From positions 20,782 to 84,781 of the forward strand of contig MCFE01000375.1 of assembly GCA_002104905.1 (NCBI GenBank): DNA of 64,000 nucleotides. Direction: 5' to 3'. This DNA is from Basidiobolus meristosporus CBS 931.73. Taxonomy: Eukaryota; Fungi; Basidiobolomycota. This document shows positions 53,736 through 62,555 of this stretch, piece by piece. Within the stretch, counting starts at the first letter, position 1, and each line of letters starts with the position of its first letter. Position numbers and translations under genes: made by a program. The notes beneath the pieces are model-generated. The model did no database searches. It worked only from the letters and a program-made list of their open reading frames with translations, and had not been told where the DNA came from.

Positions 53736-56700
53736 TGTTATGATCTGCCGCTTGAATGCTTAAGTTAAATGGGTTTTCAGTCAAATCAGTTAGTTGGATG
53801 TTTAGCCTATCAGTATATCTGTAATATCTATCAAACTAGCAGTATCTATCAAACTAGTAGCATTAGTCAGCATAGAATCAGCAGATCCCTATCAGTGAGA
53901 AATAGATATATTAAGTAGGATCTTACCGGGTGATGTTGATGCAATCAAATGAGTCATCAGCCACAGTCTACATTAAGAAATACAATTAGTCAGCAATGGT
54001 TCTGGCAAAATGTATACAAGGAGCTGCTGGAATCTCCATAAAGATCAGTTCAAGTTTTAGTGAATACAATGCTAGCTAAGCTCCCTAATCCTCTACAACT
54101 CTTATACCAAGACTTGTAACATTGGTAGCAGCAATAACCGGAAACATACTTCCTGCAGAAAAAAGAATCCTCCCTCAAGATGTCTGAAAATCAAAAATGG
54201 ATGAACACTATGCAACAAATCCTGGCCCAGCAGCAAAAGTTATTACAGATGCTTAGCCAGCGGCAACAAGGAATGACTAACTTGGCCCAAAGCCAGCAAA
54301 ACCCTGTCAAGAGCAACTTTAGTGTGAGGGTCAACCAGTACAATGGTAGAGTCAATGAAAACCTGGGAACTTGGCTCTTCCAGATTCAAGAAGCTTTCAA
54401 GGCTAAGAGAATTGCTCCAGAAAGCAAGCTATATTATGCTGCCTCTTACCTGGCAGATGTAGCTTTACATTAGTACACAACAAGATCAGGTCAGCCACTA
54501 TGATAGGATGCTCTACAATCTCTACCTGGGATAAGTTTGTGTTGGAAATTCAGGATGCCTTTGAGCCCCCACACCAACAGACACTACAAAGAATAAAGTT
54601 GAAGACACTCAGACAGTAAGGAATGGTCCAAGAGTACATCTATGAATATATATTATCTACTTGGGCAAATTGAAAGAATAGACCCCCTGGATCAAGTTGG
54701 TACTTTATTGAAGGGTTGAAAGAAGGAACTTGTAAGGAAGTGAATTATCAAAGACCTCAGACTATTGAAGAAGCTATCAAGATTGCCATTGACTATGACT
54801 CAGCTATGTTTGGAGTTGGGAAGCCCACAATGATTAGTCAGAAAGGCTACAATCACTATGAAAGAAGACAAACAGAAGCAGTGCCAATGGAAATAGACAC
54901 TATGCAGAAGAATACTACCTCAGAAGAATGCAAGAAGAAAGCACTTTGCTTCAATTGCCTCCAGCAGGAACATATTGCAAAGTACTGTCCTCAGAGAAGA
55001 AATGGACACCAGCCATCAAGAACCTTTAACCATATTGAGGCCATGGAGCATAGTAACATGAAGGATGACTTGAAGAAGACTCAGAACTCACCTTCCATAT
55101 GACAGAAGAATACCTATCCCAAATGACCTCAAACTCAGGAAAGCTATTATACCTGAAAGGAGTAATTAATGGAGTACCTGCCAAGATCATGATTGACTGA
55201 GGAGCATTGCATAAGTACATGTCAGAGCAATTTGCTTTGAAAGCTATAATTAACTTGGAACCCACCAAATCAACTTCAGTCTCAATAGCTGAGGGGAATT
55301 CTCACATAATCACCCATATTACTCAGCCAGTTAGAATGAAGATCAATGACTATGAAGAAGATCTACAGGCCTATATATTTGGGAACAGCAAGTTGACCTT
55401 GTATTTGGAAAACCTGGCTATTTTGCTGTAATCCATCAATCAATTGGAGAACCCATGCTACTCAGATCCTGAAGAATAACAAGATCTATGAGCTATTACC
55501 TGCCAAACTGGGTTTTTACTTGGCCAATTCCAGTGTGTGTGAAACAAGTGAACTTGGCAAGACATAGTTCTGTAGAGCACTAAGAAAAGGCACCCAGATG
55601 TTCTGGATGGCAGTATTTCAGGAGAATTCCTCTGCTCCAGTACCCTACAAGGTCCAGGCTCTTTTGACGGAATATTCAGATGTATTTCCAGATGAGCTTG
55701 TAAGCCTACCACCAGTCAGAGACACAGATCATGCCATTGAAACAGGAGATAGCCCTCTAGTAAGATGCCTTACAGAATGAGTCCATTTGAGTTGAAAGAG
55801 ATGAAGAGACAAATAGTTCAGTTACTGGAGCAAGGCTATATGAGACCCAGCCAGTCACCTTGGGGAGCACCAGTACTTATTGTGAAGAAGGATGGAACAC
55901 TTAGGATGTGCATTGACTACAGAGCCCTCAACTCAGTTACTGTGAAGAATAAGTTCCCCATGCCTTGGATTGATGAGCTTTTGGACCAACTCAATGGAGC
56001 CACTATGTTCAGCAAGATTGACCTCATGTCAGGATACAATCAGATTAGGGTGAAGCCAGAAGACATCCCTAAGACAGCATTCAGGACCAGATATGGACAG
56101 TGCAAGTACTTGGTCATGAGATTGGCCTCACCAATGCCCCTGCAACATTCATGATCCTGATGCAGACTGTCTTCCAGGAGTACTTAGACAAGTTTGTCAA
56201 AATCTACCTAGATGATATATATATATACAGCAAGACAGAAGAGGATCACTTGGTGCATGTTGAAAAGGTCTTGAAGAAGCTAAGAGTGAACAAGCTTTAT
56301 GGCAAGCTACCCATGTGTGAATTCTTGAAGGAGCATGTTGAATATCTAGGACACATAGTGACTAGCACAGGAGTAATCTTGGACCCTAAGAAGGTTGGAG
56401 TTATCAAGAATCTGAAGCAGCTTCATAGCATATCAGAGCTCAGATCATTCCTTGGAATGGTTTCCTATTATCACAAATATGTCAAGTCCCTTACAAGTAT
56501 TGCAGCCCCTTCAACTGATATCCTTAAGAAAGACAATACTTACAAGTGGGACATAGCTTATGAGACTGCCTTCCAGACACTCAAGAATGAACTTGCTAAG
56601 CTGCCAAGCTTAAGAATACCTGACTTCAGTTAAGAGTTTACTCTTTGGACAGATGCTTCAGATTATGCAATTGGTGGAGTGTTGAGCTAAGAACATGAGG

Positions 56701-56910
56701 GAAAGGACTACCCCATTGCCTTTGAATCCAAGAAGCTGAACTCAGCAGAACAAAACTATCCAGTGCATGAGAAGGAGATGCTTGCTATAATACACTGTTT
56801 GAAGACATGGAGATGCTATATTGAAGGAGTTAAATGCACTGTAAAGATTGATCATGCCTCCCTCCAGAATATATTTACTCAGAAGGTACTCTCTAGAAGA
56901 ATGACAAGAT
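53736..56910 (+). mobile_element. Ty3/Gypsy family A copy 4, cut within RNase H by the young chromovirus
   Basis: 5' LTR 53736-54121, PBS TGGTAGCAGC, broken gag/PR/RT/RNase H; ends abruptly at ...AGAATGACAAGAT. Confidence 0.9.
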
Positions 56911-57756
56911 TGTCATGATCACATGACAACCATGAACACCCATGCCAAGTTTCAGCTTCCTAGCTCAATTTCTAAGAGATTCCTTCTGGAACCTTCTACC
57001 ACCTTCCGGAAAGTTCCTGACCATTCCAAACCATTGTTACACAATGGAACATTCCATGGAAGCTTTCCATCGTATTTTTCATAGTCCAGTACCATATATG
57101 GAAATACCAGGTCACATGACTTAGTCACATGATCAGGTGACCCAATCCATTTCCCCATCCTGTCTCAGTGCCGTGTCATCTATGTCATTATCCCCAGCAC
57201 CATTGCTGTGCCTCACCCCACAACCCCATTAGTATTAGCTAATATCTCTCGGCATCAGTATAGCCAAAAAATATATATAGTCCTATCCCCCCTTAAGTAT
57301 TCCTCAGTCTGATAAACACAGGTCTTGAATAAACAGCCTTGCCTTGAATCCTGCCTTGCCTTGATGGTCCACACCTAAGTCCTTTCTTGCCGTGCCTAGC
57401 TTTTCCTCCTGCCTTGTGTCTATTCATAACAGTTTTATCAGACTCTCCTGACTTACCTGTGGATCCCTGCCTTCTGCCCAAAGTTTGAAGAAAACTTGTA
57501 AAAGGAATACTCACCGTAAGTATCACCCATCATCTTTCCCTAGTCTTGTCCTATAAAGGCAAAGATACTTTATCTTTGTAAAACTATTGGTCAAAGCTGC
57601 ATTCACTTTATTACCCTGCTGGTGGAGTTTACAGTTGTTACAGTATTGGAAGCTTTAGTACAATACTCTATCAAAGGACGTTGAAACCAGTACCTTCTGA
57701 AGTGACGCTAACTTATTTAAGTTGGGGATTGTGGCTCAATAGTTGTATTCTTGACA
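56911..57756 (+). repeat. 5' LTR of the young chromovirus (~846 bp; right end inferred)
   Basis: TGTCA start and best inverted end TTGACA at 57751-57756. The end cannot be confirmed because the 3' LTR is truncated. Confidence 0.65.
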
Positions 57757-57837
57757 TACTAGTGGCTTTACAAACCCACAACCTAGTTTAGTATATTCCA
57801 GTATTCCTTGCAAGTTCACCCGCCTTCCTCTGCTACC

Positions 57838-58770
57838 ATGTCCAACCTAGAGCTGAGCTTTGCCCAGCTCATGGCTGCCTTTACCCAACTGCAGCAAGAC
57901 CATGCAGACCTCAGAAACACTCTTGCTCAGTTCCAGAACCAAAGTGTCCAGCAAACTAGCCATGTCCCAGTCTACCAAGAACCCAAGTATACTCCTGCTA
58001 CCAAGTTCAATGGCTCTCAGAATGAATTCCGTGGCTTCATCAACATGGTGAAGAACAACCTTGCACTCCAGCCCAACCGGTACCCCACTGACCAGGCCAA
58101 AGTTGGTTTCATCTCCAACCTGCTTACTGGTACTGCTCTCAAGTGGTTCTCCCCATTAGTGGAGACCAACTCTCCCCTCCTCAGAGACTACCAAGCCTTT
58201 CTCACTGAAATGGAGCTAACATTTGGTAACCTTGACCAAGCCAGAACTGCTGCCAACAAGATCAAGACCCTCAAGCAAGGGAACAAACCAGCATCAGTCT
58301 ATGCCTCAGAATTCCGACAACTCTCCAGTGACCTCAGCTCCTGGGGTCAAGCAGCCTTGATTAGCCAATTCCAAGATGGCCTCAACGATGAAGTCTGTGA
58401 TCTGCTACTCACACTCCCAGATCCAGATACATTGGTTGAAGCTATGCACCAAGCAATCCGGTGTGATAACAGACTATTCCAGAAGAAGCAAAAGAACCGT
58501 CAAAGACACATTCCTGTTGCATTCCCAGCTCCTCCTGCTCCCCAAGTCACTCCAGAAGATCCTATGCAGATTGATAGTGCCAAATACAAGAAACTATCAA
58601 AGAGTGAAAAGTCCAGACGTCAACAAGCCAACCTCTGTCTATACTGTGGCCAACCAGGTCACTTTGCCAAGTCCTGCCCCAACAAGAAGTCCAGCTTCAA
58701 GCTGATGCAGTCCTCCAGCAACCAACCTGATCCAGATCTGTCGGGAAACTCCAATGTCCAGTTGCACTGA
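57838..58770 (+). CDS. gag: Gag (retrotransposon capsid plus CCHC zinc knuckle)
   Basis: PATKFNGSQNEFRGF, LLTGTALKWF, LKQGNKPASVYASEFRQL, DPMQID and CLYCGQPGHFAKSC. ATG at 57838. Confidence 0.93.
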   Translation: MSNLELSFAQLMAAFTQLQQDHADLRNTLAQFQNQSVQQTSHVPVYQEPKYTPATKFNGSQNEFRGFINMVKNNLALQPNRYPTDQAKVGFISNLLTGTALKWFSPLVETNSPLLRDYQAFLTEMELTFGNLDQARTAANKIKTLKQGNKPASVYASEFRQLSSDLSSWGQAALISQFQDGLNDEVCDLLLTLPDPDTLVEAMHQAIRCDNRLFQKKQKNRQRHIPVAFPAPPAPQVTPEDPMQIDSAKYKKLSKSEKSRRQQANLCLYCGQPGHFAKSCPNKKSSFKLMQSSSNQPDPDLSGNSNVQLH

Positions 58771-58787
58771 CAGGCTTGCAACTGGAC
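58743..58787 (+). other. -1 programmed ribosomal frameshift signal
   Basis: G GGA AAC heptamer in the gag frame (58743-58749), 6-nt spacer, then a perfect 11-bp stem GTCCAGTTGCA/TGCAACTGGAC (58756-58766/58777-58787). pol is in the -1 frame and open through the site. Confidence 0.85.
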
Positions 58788-61700
58788 CCACCCATGAAAA
58801 TCCAGCATATCCAAGAATCTTCCTTTGCCACAAAATCTATCCAGTCCTTGAGAATGCCTGTCAAAATCCAGATCCCTGACTCTGGTCCTGTCCCAGCCCT
58901 AGCTCTGATTGATTCCAGTGCTTCATCCTGTTTCATTGACCAAGCCTTTGTCCAGAAGCACTCTATTCCTGTTACCTTGAAATCCTGTCCAGTCCAAGTA
59001 GAAGTTATTGATGGAAGATCACTCTCCTCTGGTGCCGTTACCCATGAAACATGCTTACTCCAGCTATCCAGTACTGCCCACCAAGAAAGAATTGCCTTCA
59101 ACATCATCAACTCACCACACTATCCTATTGTGCTTGGAAGCTCATGGTTGAGCTACCACAATCCAAGTATTGATTGGAAATCCAAGATCCTGTCATTCAC
59201 CAGATCCCACCAAGTCAACTCCATGAAATCCCCAGACCCTGATAACCGTGAAAAGACGGTTGCCAACAGTTCAACAGCCAAAGATACCTTGCCAGCTGAA
59301 GGAGCCCCCTCAGCAACTATACCAGCCAAGTACCAAGAGTTTGCCCATGTCTTTGACAAGAAGAAAGCAGAACTCCTCCCTGACCATCGGCCTTATGACT
59401 GCCCTATTGACCTTGAAGATGGAAAAGTCCCTCCATTTGGCCCAATATATAACCTCTCCCAGCCGGAGTTGAAAGAACTCCATGGTTATATTCAAGAAAA
59501 CCTCCAGAAGGGTTTTATTCAGCACTCCAAATCACCTGCTGGAGCCCCAATCCTCTTTGTCAAGAAGAAGGATGGCACCCTCAGAGTGTGTGTGGACTAC
59601 CGTGCTTTGAATAAGATCACAGTCAAGAACCGCTACCCCCTGCCCCTGATCAACACACTGTTGGATCAGCTATCTGCTGCCCAAGTCTTCACCAAGATAG
59701 ACTTGAGAGGTGCTTACAATCTTGTCAGAATCAAGCCTGGTGATGAATGGAAAACTGCCTTTTGCACAAGATATGGTCACTTTGAGTACAAAGTAATGCC
59801 ATTTGGCCTCACCAATGCCCCTGCTGTGTTTCAACACCTCATGAATGACATATTCCGTGAATACCTTGACCATTTTGTGGTAATCTACCTTGACAATATT
59901 CTCATATACTCCAAGAGCCAAGATGAACATGATGAACATGTCAAGAAAGTATTGAGAAAACTAGACTCTGCCGGTCTCTATGCCAAGTTAGAGAAGTGTG
60001 AATTTGACCAGAGAGAAGTGGAATTTCTTGGTTACCTAATCAGCCCTGAGGGAACAAGAATGGACCCAAAGAAAGTTGACTCAGTCCAGTCCTGGAAAAC
60101 TCCAAGCTCAGTCAAGGAAGTACAATCCTTCCTGGGATTTGCTAACTTCCATCGCAGGTTCATAGCCAACTACTCCAAGATAGTCACCCCTCTGACAAAG
60201 CTTACCCAGAAGAACACACCTTTTGCCTGGAATGAGGAGCAATCCAGCTCATTCAACCAACTCAAGAAATCTTTCCTGAAGGCCCCCCTGCTTGCCCACC
60301 CTGACCTTGAGAAGCAATTCATAGTGGAGACTGATGCTTCTGATTTTGCCCTTGGTGCCATACTCTCCCAGTATGATGAGGATAATGTGTTGCACCCCAT
60401 TGCATTCTACTCTTGGAAGTTTTCCCCTGCAGAGATCAACTATGATATCTATGATAAGGAGTTGCTTGCCATCATTATGGCCTTTGAGCAATGGAGACAC
60501 TACCTGGATGGTGCAAAACACAAAATCAAAGTCTTCTGTGACCATAAGAACCTTGAGTACTTTGCAACTTCCAAAGTACTAAACCGGAGACAAGCCAGAT
60601 GGTCACTCTTCCTGTCCAGCTTTGACTTTACTATCACCTATAGACCTGGTGCAAAGCAAGGAAAGCCTGATGCCCTGTCCAGAAAAAAGGAATATGCCCT
60701 GGAAGAGGGAGATGATGCCTGTCGGCAAATGGAACACCCATTGCTGAGCAAGAAACATTTTGAGATTCTTGCCACCCAGTCCTCAAGTCTTGTCATCCCT
60801 TCATTCCTAGTAAGGATATCAGAATCCCAAGCCTCTGATATGACTTCCAGCACCGTCAAGAAATATCTGGAATCCCCAGTTGGGCCCCCTCCCAAGTTCC
60901 CAAACATCCAGAACCTGCATTTGGTAAACAACCTCATCTACCACAAGCAGCAGCTTTATGTCCCAGACCTTGCCACCCAGCTAGACATCATTAAGTCTTG
61001 GCATGATTCAATGGCTGCAGGCCACTTTGGTACTGCCAAAACCTTGAATGCCATCAAAAGAGATTTCTGGTGGCCTAGAATGATAACTCTTATCAAAGAG
61101 TACATTCTGACTTGTGATATTTGCAACCGTGCAAAACCAGCCAGACACCAGCCCTATGGACTTCTTCAACCCCTGCCTATCCCAGAACACCAATGGAGAT
61201 CTATATCTATGGACTTCATTACTGACCTCCCTGAGTCATGTGGCTTCAATGCTATACTTGTAGTGGCTGACCGGCTGACCAAGATGGCTCACTTCATCCC
61301 TTGCTGTAAAAACACTGATGCAAAAGAAACTGCTGCTTTAGTCCTGAAGAATATTTTCCGCCTTCATGGTATCCCCAGTGATATTGTGTCAGATAGAGGC
61401 CCACAGTTTGTGTCCAAGTTTTGGAAACACTTCATGCAATACCTTGGTGTTCAAGTCAAGCTCTCTACTGCCTTCCATCCACAGTCCGATGGCCAGACTG
61501 AAAGAATCAACCAGATTCTAGAGCAATACCTCCGGTGCTATATCAATTACCAGCAAGACAATTGGGTTGATCTACTCCCTGTTGCTGAGTTTGCCTACAA
61601 CAACTCAAGCCATAGTGCAACCAGTTTTACACCATTCTATGCAAACTATGGATTCCACCCTCAGTTTGATATCCAGATTCCAACAAACCCAATGAGCCCA

Positions 61701-62291
61701 CATGTGGCTGAACATGCCCAAGCAATCCAGGACATCCAGAACACCCTCAAGGAAGAGCTATCCTTAGCTCAGGAAAGCTACAAGAAATTTGCCAATCTAA
61801 AACGGCATCCCAGCCCAGATCTTAATGAAGGAGATTCTGTATGGTTGCTCAGAAGAAACATCAGCACCAACCGCCCTTGTAACAAGTTGGATTTCAAGAA
61901 ACTTGGTCCCTTCAAGATCAAGAAGAAGCTTAGCCCTATAGTATATCAGCTACAGTTACCAGCAAGTATGAAAATCCATGATACTTTCCATGTGTCCCTC
62001 CTGGAGCCGTATTGTAGGAACACATTGCCAAACCGGCAAGAAGCAAAGCCCCAAGCTATCCAGGTTGACCAACATCAAGAATTTGAAGTTAAACAGATTC
62101 TAGACTCCAAGTATATCCGGTCAAAGCTGTACTACTTAGTAGACTGGATTGGTTATGATCCAAGTGACCAAACATGGGAACCAGCTACCCATCTCACTAA
62201 TTGTCAAGAACTAGTCACCCAGTTCCACCAACAATATCCTGCAAAACCTGCCCCAAAGGGAAACAGAGCTTTGCCTGGAAGAGGAGAATAG
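58776..62291 (+). CDS. pol: Pol (PR-RT-RNase H-IN-chromodomain), expressed as a Gag-Pol fusion; PR and RT catalytic motifs altered
   Basis: LIDSSA, KIDLRGAYN, YLDN, ETDASD, HD..AGHFG..CDIC, SMDF, SDRG, QTER, LGPF and chromodomain FEVKQIL..YYLVDWIGYDPSDQTWEP. Confidence 0.93.
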   Translation: MQLDPPMKIQHIQESSFATKSIQSLRMPVKIQIPDSGPVPALALIDSSASSCFIDQAFVQKHSIPVTLKSCPVQVEVIDGRSLSSGAVTHETCLLQLSSTAHQERIAFNIINSPHYPIVLGSSWLSYHNPSIDWKSKILSFTRSHQVNSMKSPDPDNREKTVANSSTAKDTLPAEGAPSATIPAKYQEFAHVFDKKKAELLPDHRPYDCPIDLEDGKVPPFGPIYNLSQPELKELHGYIQENLQKGFIQHSKSPAGAPILFVKKKDGTLRVCVDYRALNKITVKNRYPLPLINTLLDQLSAAQVFTKIDLRGAYNLVRIKPGDEWKTAFCTRYGHFEYKVMPFGLTNAPAVFQHLMNDIFREYLDHFVVIYLDNILIYSKSQDEHDEHVKKVLRKLDSAGLYAKLEKCEFDQREVEFLGYLISPEGTRMDPKKVDSVQSWKTPSSVKEVQSFLGFANFHRRFIANYSKIVTPLTKLTQKNTPFAWNEEQSSSFNQLKKSFLKAPLLAHPDLEKQFIVETDASDFALGAILSQYDEDNVLHPIAFYSWKFSPAEINYDIYDKELLAIIMAFEQWRHYLDGAKHKIKVFCDHKNLEYFATSKVLNRRQARWSLFLSSFDFTITYRPGAKQGKPDALSRKKEYALEEGDDACRQMEHPLLSKKHFEILATQSSSLVIPSFLVRISESQASDMTSSTVKKYLESPVGPPPKFPNIQNLHLVNNLIYHKQQLYVPDLATQLDIIKSWHDSMAAGHFGTAKTLNAIKRDFWWPRMITLIKEYILTCDICNRAKPARHQPYGLLQPLPIPEHQWRSISMDFITDLPESCGFNAILVVADRLTKMAHFIPCCKNTDAKETAALVLKNIFRLHGIPSDIVSDRGPQFVSKFWKHFMQYLGVQVKLSTAFHPQSDGQTERINQILEQYLRCYINYQQDNWVDLLPVAEFAYNNSSHSATSFTPFYANYGFHPQFDIQIPTNPMSPHVAEHAQAIQDIQNTLKEELSLAQESYKKFANLKRHPSPDLNEGDSVWLLRRNISTNRPCNKLDFKKLGPFKIKKKLSPIVYQLQLPASMKIHDTFHVSLLEPYCRNTLPNRQEAKPQAIQVDQHQEFEVKQILDSKYIRSKLYYLVDWIGYDPSDQTWEPATHLTNCQELVTQFHQQYPAKPAPKGNRALPGRGE

Positions 62292-62555
62292 TGTCATGAT
62301 CACATGACAACCATGAACACCCATGCCAAGTTTCAGCTTCCTAGCTCAATTTCTAAGAGATTCCTTCTGGAACCTTCTACCACCTTCCGGAAAGTTCCTG
62401 ACCATTCCAAACCATTGTTACACAATGGAACATTCCATGGAAGCTTTCCATCGTATTTTTCATAGTCCAGTACCATATATGGAAATACCAGGTCACATGA
62501 CTTAGTCACATGATCAGGTGACCCAATCCATTTCCCCATCCTGTCTCAGTGCCGT

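Larger units (their letters stand above)
56911..62555 (+). mobile_element. Young chromovirus (Ty3/Gypsy); 3' LTR interrupted after 264 bp
   Basis: 56911-57174 is identical to 62292-62555. PPT GGAAGAGGAGAATAG; open gag and pol. Confidence 0.95.

Noticed and set aside
56942-57158. Identical 60 and 68 aa ORFs here and at 62323-62539
   Set aside because: They reflect LTR duplication, not genes.
57226-57234. CCATTAGTA, near-complementary to TACTAGTGG after the LTR (Tf1-type self-primer)
   Set aside because: It lies upstream of the likely TATA, so it would not be at the transcript 5' end.
57676-57710. GGACGTTGAAAC...CTGAAGTGA, hammerhead-like words
   Set aside because: No CUGANGA/GAAA core with correct stems, and not conserved in family X.
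58639-61193. Antisense and alternate-frame ORFs over gag/pol (also over the family A copies)
   Set aside because: Shadows of the codon-biased sense ORFs.
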